A stretch of DNA of 62,000 bases from Octopus vulgaris (Eukaryota): NCBI GenBank assembly GCA_951406725.2, contig OX597814.1, forward strand, positions 169,156,001 to 169,218,000, read 5' to 3'. Below, piece by piece: positions 34,810 through 47,489 of the stretch (position 1 is its first letter; each line of letters opens with the position of its first letter). A program made the position numbers and the translations under genes. The notes below the pieces were generated by a model, which saw only the letters and a program-made list of their open reading frames with translations, did no database searches and was not told where the DNA came from.

Positions 34810-36185
34810 CGTGTGATGAGATTTGTTGTGATGCTGTCATTAGTTTATAGTAGGTGTTCTTTTTGTATATAGTTGGTTGTTTTGTTTTCAGTGTGTATTT
34901 GTTACATGAGTTCTATTCCAATTTTTGGAATCTCGGTTTTGTTTTATTATAAATCTTTATACATTCTCAAGTGTATTACATTCAAATTTTTCTCATTTCT
35001 TCCTTTTCTCCTCGATAATGCATATGCCTCTTTTATAGTGCTCATGTGTATTATATGCGTAATAGGAATTAAACACTTCATTGTATTGTAAATTGTTCCA
35101 ATGTTTTCTTTCGATTTTGTCATTATTTTGGATCCTAGCAGTAAGAGATAAGATTTTTTGTTTGATGTTGTCCTTTTGGTAAAATGGTGCTTCTCAAAAA
35201 ATACGTTACATTATCTTCGTTTCAACCTCACATTAAACTCACACTGGGAAATCCTTTATACATTCTAACTTGCAGGTTGTGTTTTTGTTGCTGCTTGAAT
35301 TTTTTTTTTAATGGACATAATTGATGTTTTTAAATAGCATAACGGTTGTACTTACAAGAACTCTTATAGAATCTTTTACTATATTATTTTTTTTTGTGGT
35401 TAATTTTGGTTTTGAACTGGTTGTATTATTGGATTTATATCAGTATTTATGAAGAGCTATGTTTTCACAGTTATGCTGTTATTCAGTTTGGTCCAGTTCT
35501 AGGGTAGAAAATTGGGAAATTTGTGTGGTGGCAGATGAAATATCTTCCAGTTACTAAGTCATCTCTCCTTACATTCTATTGTCATATCTGATGGGGTCAA
35601 AATAAATATCAGTCCACTAGTTGAGTTGATTTAAGTTGACCATAGCCCACTTACAAAATGTGTGGAGTTGTTGTTCCTAAGTTAGAAATTAATAGATATT
35701 ATTGTTATTGCATTGCTTTGGTCATTCCTGCTTGAATAAACCTTATAGCACAGACGTAGCTGATCAATAAATTGGTTTGATCATACTGACCTAATGGTTA
35801 ATACTTGAAATATATTGTAGGGAACTTGTTGAAGCAGAGGGAGAGAGATTAGATGCTCCATTGAGCAGGTAAATGCTGTTGATCAGTTATGCTTGAGTAG
35901 CAGTCCTATGACACTAAGATACCAAATCAAAGAATTATTTAATCAGCATTGTAGCTGTGGTTAATTGGTTGGAACAATTGACACCTCCTACATGCACAGC
36001 TGTCTTCATAGTTTGACATTAATTTTTAAAAACAAAAACCTGTTTCAATGTTACAATGTCTAATTACAATTAAAAAAACCTGGATGTGAATAATCCAATA
36101 TTATTGCTAAGAATGTACCACAAGTTAATACAAAATCCCATTCTTTACAGACGTGATGGTGCTAGCATAATATCTAATTATGTTA

Positions 36186-36358
36186 GGTGTAGGAGTGGCT
36201 GTGGGGTAAGTAGCTCGCTTACTAACCACTTGGTTACAGGTTCAGTCCCACTGCGTGGCACCTTGAGCAAGTGTCTTCTACTATATCCTCGGGCCGACCA
36301 AAACCTTGTGAGTGGATTTGGTAGACGGAAACTGAAAGAAGCCCGTCATATATATGTC

Positions 36359-36419
<61 letters not shown>

Positions 36420-37490
36420 GTGTGTATATGTTTGTCCTCCCAACATCGCTTGTCAACCGATGCTGGTGTGTTTACGTCCCTGTAACTTAGCGGTTCAGCA
36501 AAAGAGACCGATAGAATATGTACTAGGCTTACAAAGAATAAGTCCTGGGATTGATTTGCTCGACTAAAGGCAGTGCTCCAGCATGGCCACAGTCAAATAA
36601 CTGAGACAAGTAAAAGAGTAAAAGAGGTATCTAGTTGTATCCTAACTATTTGGTAAGTTGTTACAAGATTTTGGACTTTGTTGCAATCCTTACTTTACAG
36701 ATAGTATTGAGTTTCTTGACGGAGTTTATTACTCTGTTTCTGCCTGTCCATGGATATGCATGAGAGAAGCTCTTATATTGGCTTATAAATATCCAAGCAA
36801 TATGATGCATGTATTTGATATTACATAATCTCTGGTAGCAATTAGATCAAGACTGAGAATATAATATGGATAGAAGTAAAATATGTGATTTGATAAATAT
36901 TGATTTCTCAGTTCAGTCCATGGCTGGCTAATGTTCATTCTTGGTGTTGTTGTTTAGTCATCGAACTGTCCTGATTGAGCATGCCTATGCTCAAAGATAT
37001 TTTATTGTGTGAAGTGAAATATACAGTCTTTGGAGCTACACACTTCTGCCATCAGAATACAAATAGCAGATAGTGTGTGTCACTCAACACCTTTCCCTGT
37101 TTAGATTCACTTTTCTTTTATTTGTTTCAGTCATTTGCGGCCATGCTGAAGCACTGCCTTTAATCGAGCAAATCGACCCCAGGACTTATTCTTTGTAAGC
37201 CTAGTATCAGTCTCTTTAACCAAACCAGCATCGGATGTCAAGCGATGTTTGGGGGACAAACACAGACACACAAACATATACACAGACATACATACATATA
37301 TATATACCTATATACATATGTACGACGGGCTTCTTTCAGTTTCCGTCTGCCAAATCCACTCACAAGGCTTTGGTTGGCCCGAGGCTATAGTAGAAGACAC
37401 TTGCCCAAGGTGCCACACAGTGGGACTGTACCTGGAACCATGTGGTTGGTAAGCAAGCTACTTACCCCACAGCCACTCCTGTGCCTATGT
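36186..37490. mobile_element. Two family A SINEs in inverted orientation (plus 36186-36625, minus 37108-37490)
   Basis: Family matches. Confidence 0.85.
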
Positions 37491-37594
37491 TAACATAGGG
37501 AAAATTTGATTGTAGGATCTAAACTGAAGGAATTTACTATTGGAGTAGATTTAAGTTTTAGCCCAACAGTCTTGGCTGTTTTCAACACTGGAAT

Positions 37595-37905
37595 CCTCCT
37601 CATTGTCATCATCATTATTGTCATCATCGTCATCGTCATTGTCACCATCATCGTTATCATCATCATCTTAATCGTCATCGGCATCGCTGTCGTCATTGTC
37701 GTTATTGTTGTCAATGTCATCTTCATCATCATTATTGTCATTGTTGTCGTCATTGTCGTTGTTATCATCATCATCATCATTGTCGTTGTAGTTGTCATCA
37801 CTATCATCATTATCATCATCATCATTGTTGTTGTCATCATCGTTGTCATCATAATTGTCATCATCATCGTCGTCGTCTTCATCATTGTCGTCATTATCAT
37901 TGTAT
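37595..37905. repeat. Degenerate (RTY)n triplet microsatellite
   Basis: ATC/GTC/ATT/GTT mosaic. Confidence 0.9.
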
Positions 37906-38619
37906 CATCAACATATATACATGTAAGTGTAGGAGTGGCTGTCTGGTAAGTAGCTTGCTTACAAACTACATGGTTCCGGGTTCAGTCCCACTGCATGGCA
38001 CCTTGGGCAAGGTGGTAAGCTGGCTGAACCGTTAGTATGCCAGACAAATTGCTTAGCCGCATTTCATCCATCTTAATGTTCTGAGCTCAAATTCTACCGA
38101 GGTCGACTTTGCCTTTCATCCTTTTAGAGTTGGTAAAATAGGTACTAGTTAATTACTCAGGTCAATCATATTGACTTTCCTCTCCTCTCAAAATCTGCTG
38201 GCTCAGTGCCAAAATTTGAAACCATTATTTAACCTCTGCAGAAATTGTTTCACTTATGGTGAATGAACCTGATGACTTCTTTGTTTCACATTTATCCATG
38301 CATTTTTATCTAGTAGAGTGAGATACATGGAATATCAGGCTGCTTTTTCTAGCAGGTTAAGTGACCGCATATAAAAGGCTCCCTTGTTGGCTTGTATCAT
38401 CATCTGTTGTTTCATCTGACACTTGATAGCAACTCTGTATTGATCTTCTACATCAGATTTCACATGAGCAAGAACTGCTTGTATGTATGTATGTGTGTGT
38501 GGATGCATCAATGTGTGTGTGTATGTGTGTGTGTGTGTGCTTTACAATCTTTCATCAGTACAGCAGCTGTCTACTGAAGCTATTAGCTGATCTATAATAG
38601 ATATTTATATCTCTCCAGT

Positions 38620-39060
38620 CCTCATATATACACACTCACACATACACTTTGACACACTTGAACTCTCACATATACATACACGCTCCTATACACACTTGCA
38701 CACACACATGCACTCACACTCACATATGTACTCATAATTGCACTTGTGCACTCACACTCACTCATGCACTCTATTCACACTCACATGTGCACTCATACTT
38801 GCTCTCACACATGCACTCACAATTACACTCATGCTCATAAGTACATTTGCACCAACAATTACACTTGCACTTACAGTTACACTCGCACTCACAATTACCT
38901 TCACACTCACACTTGCACTCCTAGTTACTCTTGCACTCCCAATTACAATCACCCTCCCAATTACACTTGCACTCCCAATTACACTTCCACTCGCAATTAT
39001 ACTTGCACTCACAATCACACTCACACTTGCAATTGCACTCACCCTCACACTCACACATAC
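38620..39060. repeat. Degenerate 6/18-bp minisatellite (ACACTTGCACTCACAATT-like)
   Basis: Seen directly; (CA)n grades into a hexamer-based unit. Confidence 0.8.
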
Positions 39061-39183
39061 ACTTCCTCAGTATCAACAGAAGCTGTTGCAGTATTAGAAC
39101 TGTAAGGTAAACTTATAAGTATGTGCTTTAAGTCAAAACATGTTTTTAGACTCATTTTGAAAAGTAGTGGTTAGATAAAGATG

Positions 39184-39226
39184 GATCTTACTAGTTTCAA
39201 GATTTATTAAAGGTTTCATCAGAGCT
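39184..39226 (-). ncRNA. Decayed minimal hammerhead
   Basis: CTGATGA ... GAAA-CTAG-TA with ACTAGT palindrome; stems I and II partly mismatched. Confidence 0.45.
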
Positions 39227-39544
39227 TGGTTGTCACTTCCTAATCACAAGCATCATAATTGGCTTAAAGTAATTCATAATATGCATAAACTTAGACAGAA
39301 GTAAATTTGTCTGACTATTTTAGCATAACAGTGCAAGTGTTGCCAATAAGAATGAATTAATGAATAGCGTAGCACTATTTTGAATTATTTAATGCAGGAC
39401 TATGAATAAAAGCAAAGACTTTGGCTCCAATAACCAAATAATTGAAGAATAAAGAAATGATTAATGAGAATGATGATCATGGTGATGGTGGTGACGATAT
39501 TAACAACAACAACAACAACAATAATGATAATAAGAATAATGATA

Positions 39545-39868
39545 ATTGCCCTGATGCAGTTGTTTTTATTTGTTCCTTCTCGTGCCATGCCTGGCTCATA
39601 GGGTCGGTTTCCCAGTTTCCTTAGCGTATAGGTTCTCCACCTGGATGGGACGCTGGTCCATCACAGGTAAGCTGCAAGATGCAAGAGGAAAGAGTAAGAG
39701 AAAGTTGTGGCAAAAGAGTCAGCAGAAGTTCACCTTTACTTTCTGCCAGAGCCGCGTGGAGCTTAGGTGTTTCGCTCATAAACACACACATCGCCCAGTC
39801 TGAGATTCGAACCTGCAATCCCTCGACCATGAGTCCGCTGCTCTAACCACTAGGCCATGTGCCTTCAC
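39545..39868 (-). mobile_element. tRNA-derived SINE (family E)
   Basis: Head TGGCCTAGTGGTTAGAGC...GGTTCGAATCTC; no CCA end, continues into SINE body. Confidence 0.8.
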
Positions 39869-40290
39869 CCTGATGCAGTACCAGGCACTGGCTCCTATGG
39901 CTTCGGATCTTAAACTGAATGAAAGTGCTATCATGTACATGTTTTGTCTTGGTATAAAAGACGGGCTACCACAAATATTCTTTGGTCAGCCTGAGGCTAT
40001 AGCAGAAGGCATTCGCGCAAGGTGCCACACAGTGGGACTGAACCCAGCACCATGTGGTTGGGAAGCAAACCTCTTACCACACAGCCATTCCTGGATTTTG
40101 TTTATTTGCTGCTAGTTTGATCTTCAAAGGTTGGTGAATCTCAGGCCATCATCCTCCTTTGCATTCTCCTTATCAGTACTTTCAGGAGAGATCTCATTTT
40201 TGCTTTGAAGAGGTTGCTCTTTCTTGCTCAATTTTGTTGTTTTCTGTTGCTGGTTACTATTCTTTTTATTTAATGACTTTTATTTTTCTC

Positions 40291-40292
<2 letters not shown>

Positions 40293-40355
<63 letters not shown>

Positions 40356-40571
40356 TATGTTTGACTTTTGCTTTACATTATTTGCACAAGCTGGCTCCAA
40401 GTCTCACCCAGAGACCTCAAGAGACAACAAGTTGGAAGTTCATGTTGGTGTTATGCCTAGGGTGCCATATATTTGGTTTTGTACTTAGTGTTGTACTAGT
40501 GAATGCCTAAAAAAGACCATACGAAAATTATGTTTGTTTTAAAACTTGAGATTACATAGAAAGTATTTTGC

Positions 40572-40574
<3 letters not shown>
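40293..40574 (-). mobile_element. Short R4/Dong 3' end (last codons, 3' UTR, (TAA)n)
   Basis: Duplicates 40575-40990 with substitutions and indels. Confidence 0.85.
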
Positions 40575-40635
<61 letters not shown>

Positions 40636-40677
40636 TATTATTATTATTATTATTATTACTATTATTATTATTATTAC

Positions 40678-40718
<41 letters not shown>

Positions 40719-42882
40719 TATGTTTGACTTTTGCTTTATATTTGTACAAGTTGGCTCCAAGTCTCACCCAGAGACCTCAAGAGACAACAGGTTGGAAGTT
40801 CATGTTGTTGTTATGCCTAGTGTGCCATATATTTGGGGGGCAGTTTTTGGTGTTGTACTAATGAATGTCTAAAAAAATAAATAAATAAATAAATAAATAA
40901 AAATAAAAATTTTTTTTTTTTCCTTTCTCTTAAAAACCGAAAATTATGTTTGTTTTAAACCTTGAGATTACATAGAAAGTATTTTGCGTAGGATATGAGC
41001 AGTTCCCATGAGCACTATCTTTTGAATTTCTGCCATTTTTGGGTTTCCTGGTATCTGAGTTAGGTAGCTATCAGCCCCTTTTGCTATCATTCCCAGGGCA
41101 CCTATGACAACAGGTAATGTTTTAGTCTTCAGGTTCCACATTTTGCTGATTTCTATTTCAAGATCTTTATACTTGCTCAGTTTTTGGTAGGTCTTGACAC
41201 ATACGTTTATATCGATTGGGACAGTCATATCAATGAGGAGGCATGTTCTTTGTTTGAAGTCTTTCAATATGATATCTGGCCTATTTGCATCTATCTTTCT
41301 GTCAGTTTGAATGGTGAAGTTCCAGAGGAGTGAGATGTGGTCATTTTCAAGCACTGGGGGTGGTTTGTGTTCCCACCAGTTTTTTTCATGGGGCAAATCC
41401 AAGTTTTTGCAGATTACCCAGTGAATATATTGTGCAGCTCTATCGTGTCTGTTGAGATACTCTGTAGGCGCTAGAAGACTGCACTTGGAGACCACATGGT
41501 CAATGGCTTCATTTTGTTGCTGGCATACACGACACGTTGGACTACTTCTGATCTTTAATATGTTGGCCAGGTAGTTTCTTGTTGGTAGGCTTGAGCTGCT
41601 ATGATAAACCCCTCTGTTTCAGATTTTAAGCCAGAGGCCTTTAGCCATTGATGGGTCAGGGCTTTGTCAACATCTGCATTATTTGGGTATTTGCCATAGA
41701 GAGGTTTTTCTTGCCATTTATCATTCAGAATATCTAAGGCCGCAGATTTAGCACGGGTTTTCATGCGCTTAGCTTTTTCTGTGCCTGTTTCTTGTATGTC
41801 TATCTCTAATTCCGAAATTTGTTGTATTCGGAATTCACTTAGATATTCCATTGCCTATTTTGTTACTGAGTATGATGCTTTCTTGTTTTCATGTTTTGAG
41901 ACAAGTTTTAACATCCAGTCCTCAGAGTTTTTCAGGTAGGTGTCTAGGCCAATTGTAGCAATCTTCATTGTTACTGCCAGTTGAAAAGTCCACGGCCTCC
42001 CTCTTTTCTTGGCAGATAAAGTCGTTCTGTATCTGCCTTAGGGTGGTGCATTCTATGCATTGTCAACAGTTTTCGTATATTCCTGTCAAGATTACATATT
42101 TCAGTAATTGACCAGTTAACGATATTGAAACTGTAAGTCACAACTGGTATGGCCAATGCATTGATCGCTTCGATCCTGTTTCTCGCATTCAGCTCTGTCT
42201 TGAGTATTGCTCTTACTCTGCGATAACATTCTCTCCTGATCCTTTCCTTCATCTCTGAATGCCTTATTCCTTCTCCTTCAATTACCCCTAGATACTTGTA
42301 GTTCTCTGCTGGGTCTAATTCTTTTATGACATTCTGCTGGTCAAGGTTAACATTAGATGTTTCTGTAATTTTTCCTTTGATAAAGGTAGCTTTTGCACAC
42401 TTATCGAGGCCAAATTGCATTCTGATGTCATCACTGAATTGTTTGACAATCGCTAGTAAGGCCTTGAGTTGTTGGTCATTTTTTGCAAAGAGCTTTAAAT
42501 CATCCATGGAAATGAGATGATTTATATTTTTATCAAACATTTTATACCCGTACTGCGCATCATTGAGCAGTTTTGAGAGAGGTATTAAGGCTAAACAGAA
42601 GAGGAGTGGTGATAGTGAGTCACCCTGGAAAATGCCACATGAAATTTTTACATCACTAGCATTTAGAGATTCATTGTCACTGTTCAAAGTTAGTGTGGTT
42701 CTCCATGATCTCATACTTACAGACAAAAAGTTTCGCAGAGCAGGTGCTATCTTATACATTTCTAGGCATTTCTTAATCCAGCTATGTGGTAGGCTATCAA
42801 AAGCCTTTTTATAGTCTATCCAGGCTATCGATAAGTTTTTGTGTCGTTTGTAACAATCTTCTAAGATCATCTTATTGATGAG
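40575..42882 (-). mobile_element. R4/Dong-clade non-LTR retrotransposon, 5'-truncated, between (TAA)n tracts
   Basis: RT followed by zinc knuckle and restriction-like endonuclease; (TAA)n at 40575-40717 and 42883-43035. Confidence 0.9.
40968..42882 (-). pseudogene. Disrupted RT / zinc knuckle / RLE endonuclease ORF
   Basis: WIDYKKAFDS, GIFQGDSLSPLLF, HLISMDD (Y of YMDD replaced), WLKASGLKSETEG, RHD, NRPDII...LLID, KY.DL; split over three ORFs. Confidence 0.9.
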
Positions 42883-42945
42883 TATTATTATTATTATTAC
42901 TATTATTATTACTATTATTATTATTACTATTATTATTATTATTAC

Positions 42946-42999
<54 letters not shown>

Positions 43000-43620
43000 T
43001 ACTATTATTATTGTTATTGTTATTATTATCATTATTTTGTATTTCTCTCCAGTTTAGTTAAATTCCTTTCTAACCATTATCTCTTTCTCATTCACACATC
43101 AATAGATTAGTGCAACTGGTTGCTACTTTAAAGAGATTGAATGTCTGCTTGCTTGTTTTTAAGACTGGGAACATAGTTTTTTTTCTTGCCATTCTCAGAG
43201 TTGTGGCTAATGTTATTCTGGAAATTGAGGATTGCTGTCTTGGATGGTTTCTATTGCTTCCTCTTCTTGTTTTCTTGCCCAGTCTTTCTAGTTCTTCAAG
43301 GCAGAAGGCTCTGACGTGGCTCTTACTATGATGACCTGTGTATCAATGAAGCTATTTTCCCCTTCGCCATTCATCTCAACACTTTCAACAATGGCATTGT
43401 GGTCTAGGGTATCATTAGAACTTGCAAATCTATTTTGATGCCATTTAGCTCCATATCACCTGTCACCAGTCCAGCTAAAATCACCTGCTCATACAGCAAT
43501 ATAAAAATGATGACCAGCCATTGTTTTACATTATTTTCAATGTCCTCTTCTCATTACCCTTGTATTTTTCTACCCCATACACTGGAGTACAAGATAATCA
43601 GTCCTTATATTTTTTGTGTA

Positions 43621-44123
43621 CCATAAATCCTCGAGTATAATCTGCAATTTTTTCCCCAAAATTTGAAGTTCAAAATCCCTAGTGCATACTATATATGAGG
43701 TTAAAAATGAAAAATATTTTCTAAGCAATGTCTGAGTCTCTAATTGCTGTCCAACAATGTTTATTCAGACACATTTTGTGATGTTGGGCGCGAAAATACC
43801 TTAAGCTAAGCCTGAAAGCAATGAAGTCATAAAAGAATCATCCATAACTTGCAGTAAGTGACATTTATTAAATGTTATTACTGTTATTTCTTTATTTTCT
43901 GCAAACAAAAATGCACACGTTTGCATTATGTTATATATAAAATAATAATAAAGGATGTTACTGTATACATTTTTACAAATCAGGGACGTTATATAGACCT
44001 CCTTGACTCAAGCTAGAGAAGGGGTGTATATTATACACAAGGTTTAGGTTTTTCAGAGGTACAGCCCCCTAAAAATCCCCTGCGTATTATACTCAAGGGC
44101 AGACTATACTCGAGAATTTATGG
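43621..44123. mobile_element. Tc2/pogo-like MITE
   Basis: 25-bp TIRs CCATAAATCCTCGAGTATAATCTGC / GCAGACTATACTCGAGAATTTATGG, TA on both sides. Confidence 0.85.
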
Positions 44124-45941
44124 TATGTGTGTGCATGTATGTATGCATCTCCATTTAATAATGGTTTCAAATTTTGGCACAAGGCCACCAAGTTCAGAGG
44201 AAGGGACAAGTTGATTATATTGACCCCAAAGTTTAACTGGTATTTATTTTATCGATCCAATCTTGGCAGAATTTGAACTCAGAACATAAACTGATATAAC
44301 TGTTGGCTGGTTGAAAGTGTAGTTAATAATTTCCGCCTCAAAAGTGCAGCAAGCAGCACCATATCAGTTTTCCCTTCCAATTGAGAGATTTTCTTCTGAA
44401 ATTTCTTGTCATGCATGTTCTAGATACTGCTTTAATGGTAATTTGATACTGCCACCTTCCTTTATAAAACACAGGTAAATTATTTTTTACTTTGCTCTCT
44501 CTTGGATGACATCCTGCAGCAAAAGAGACATTGTCTGGTTTTACATAATTTTCTCAACTAATTTTATTCCAACAACTGTTAAATATAAAATTTTCTGTTT
44601 GTCATGATAGAAGCAAGATTATCTTTAACACAGCTGCTATATGAATGATTTAAAGTGTTTGTCTCTGTACAAGTGTTGTTGCAGTTATTGCTATCTTCAA
44701 AAGTATTTGTTAAACTCTTCAAAAATTTTTTTATTTTATTAATTGCTCATTAAAATGTTAATTCTTTTTTCCTGTTTTTTATTTGAAAGTGCAGTTTGTT
44801 TTAGAGCTTTTTTTTGTTGACATTTATTGGTGTTGTCTTTTGTATATTGAGGATATCTGCCAGACATTTTAAATATAAAATTTAGTTAAAATGTGTAAGC
44901 AAATGAAATAAAGACTGTAAAGGCAAAGCTTTATTTCTGCCTCTCCCTGGGTAGTGATGCCCTTAGGTGTTTAAAATTCATTTTGGGTGAGTGATCCAAA
45001 GAAATTTTCAAAGTTGAATAAAGATGTGTCTCAAAGAGAGAAGATAAAACATGTGTTCACATATTGAGAGTAAAAAACTGTAGCACAAGGAAGGAAAAAG
45101 ACAAAAGAAAAAGTAGCCAATGGGAGAATGAAATACAGAGACCTTATCTGTTGACCTAGGTGGGATGAGCAATCAGTCTTAAGAAGTAAACAAGTCCTTG
45201 CATGCTGCTGCCTCTTATTGAACTGCCTTTTACACGTGCTTCCGGCCCATACATGCCCTGTGGCTGTTCTGCTGGCCCCTGCAGTCTTCACTTCCATCTA
45301 CCTCATCTGCAATCCTCTCCACCAACACCACATAGCTCATCACAGCCCATAACACCACAAACACCACAAAAACAATTACAATAATCATAATAAAATGTTC
45401 TTTTATTTCTCAAATGGAACTAAATGGGATTTATATGATAACAAAGTATAGAATGGTGGTAGTTTGCATTGAGTATAAGAGGAAACAGCAAATATGAAAT
45501 ATATGTTAAAACTGATGTGAAAAATATTGTATGTGTCCCAAAAGGGAGACAACCTCATTGGGTGGTTAACTTAATCTATTACCTGGTTTAATACTACCAC
45601 ATGCTCCCTGTCCTTTAACAGAGTCCACTGTGTTGCAAGCATTTAGGCCAGGCCTCCAGTTTAAGGATACTTTTCTCCCTCCCTTTCATTAGTCTCAGAA
45701 TCTCTGTAAAAAATTCTGGGAAATTGCCTGCTGTTATTTGTACTGTCTAGCCAAGTTCTTCATTCTAAATTGCTCATTCACACATACTTACCACTTATGT
45801 TTATATATTTGTTTTGCAAGATTCTTATTGTTGTATTTAGGGATGGTCATGTTGCCAGTTTAGCCAATGAAAACACAAGCACTATATGTTTGGTGCTAAT
45901 TTGCTTCAGCTTTATTATATTTTTTACATTAATCTTATTTC

Positions 45942-45985
45942 GGCCAGAGTTCTTTCGTCCATTTCTGTGACCTCATCAGTGGTCC
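45942..45985 (-). ncRNA. Candidate decayed hammerhead
   Basis: CCA/TGG stem I, CTGATGA-G-GTC/GAC, GAAA-GAAC-TC (one change from palindrome AGATCT). Confidence 0.45.
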
Positions 45986-46374
45986 TGTGCTTTCTTCTTT
46001 CTTATTTGTGTGTCTCTCCTTACTAACGATTAGCCATTTTTGTATGTGTCATTATTTGTGCTATTGTATGTGTCTTTATTTGTGCATGCGTATACCCCTA
46101 TGTGTGTCTATGTTTAGTAAGTGTGTGTGTGTGTGTGGGGGGGCAAGTGCCTGTATTATTTGTATCTCCTATTTATACATGTTCCTGTAATTTGTTTTTA
46201 TGCTTAAAGACACATACAATAGGAATACAAAATACAAAATGACCATCCCTAAATACAACAAATACTTACCACCCTTATTCACCTTTCAGCACTTCTCTCT
46301 CTTTCCCTACTCCCACCTTCCATCTCCATCCTTACTTCCCTCATTGGGTGACTCTTGAAATATTGGTTTCAAAT

Positions 46375-46720
46375 TGGCAAAGTTGATCCCGATGGAATTT
46401 GAACTCAGAACATAAAAATGGACAAAATGTTGCTAAGCAGTTTACCTGGCATGCTAACAACTTTGCGTGCTTGCCACTTTGGCTCTTGAAATATTGGTTT
46501 CAAATTTTGGCACAAGTCCAGCAATTTGGAGGGAAGAGACAAGTCAATTAAATCAACCTCAGTGTTCAAATGGTACTTATTGTATTAACCTTGAAAGGAT
46601 GAAAAGCAAAGTCAACCACAGCAGAATTTGAACTCAGAACATATAGATGAACAAAATGTTTCTAAGCATTTTGTCCAGCTTGCTAATTATTCTTCAGCTT
46701 ACCACCTTGGCCCTTGAAAT
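46375..46720 (-). mobile_element. Two partial family B SINEs
   Basis: GAATTTGAACTCAGAAC twice. Confidence 0.65.
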
Positions 46721-47109
46721 ATTGATGAAGGTTGGCAAGAGAAAATGAAAGGAAAAAATGGCATCAACCTTCTCAATCTTATCCATCGCACTACCTTTTT
46801 ACCATAACAATTTAGAAATAAAAAAACTGCTTGCACTTCCCTGCCAAGTGAATGTGGCTGAGCAATACAGGTGCAACCCTACTGAGCCATTGTTGGCTTT
46901 TACTTAGGCTCACTTCCACTTTGTCAAACCTTGCAGGGTATTGACCATGGAGTGATTCAGACCAACAAAGAAATAAAAACTAATTACTCAGACATAGTAA
47001 TCAAGTACAGGGTGTATTCAATTGTATTAAACTCTATACTTAATTTGTATTTTATTTTATTGACTCTGTTTTGTTAGCTGCTCCTCCTATTCTGCTGTCC
47101 ATCATCCCC

Positions 47110-47280
47110 TAGAAGGTGATGAAGGCTGAAGTGGTAGGCAGCAGAACTAGAGGAAGACCTCAGTTTGTGTGGATCGATGGATTGAGGAAAGCTTTGGTAG
47201 TTAGAGGTGTTGGAGTGAGAGAGGCAAGAGAGTTTATTAATGGTAGGAAAACTTGGAGAGTTTGTGGACAGATGAGTGAA
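47110..47280 (+). pseudogene. Old RTE RT C-terminal fragment
   Basis: GSRTRGRPQFVWIDGLRKAL...RKTWR. Confidence 0.65.
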
Positions 47281-47489
47281 TTTGATGTTGCTCAAAGGGG
47301 TACGGAACATAACAATTAAAATAATAATAAGGAGAAGAATCCTTTCTAGTATAGGCACAATGCCTGAAATTTTGTGGGTTGAGGCTAATTAATTACATTA
47401 ACCCTGAAAGGATGAAGAGCAAAGTCAACCTTGGCAGAATCTGAACTTAGAACATAAAGCCAGATTCACCACCTTAATAATAATGATGA

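Noticed and set aside
37490-37949. Asp/Asn-rich, Met/Thr-rich or Ile/Val-rich protein
   Set aside because: Degenerate triplet microsatellite; the D/N frame has an internal TAA and there are no clear splice sites
39780-39868. tRNA gene
   Set aside because: Imperfect cloverleaf running into a SINE body; the same applies to the heads of families A, B and F
40159-40872. Poly-Tyr and poly-Ile ORFs
   Set aside because: Translations of (TAT)n retrotransposon tails
45770-45970. Terminal exon encoding a transmembrane anchor
   Set aside because: Hydrophobicity comes from T-rich sequence, and the 3' part overlaps a hammerhead-type repeat remnant
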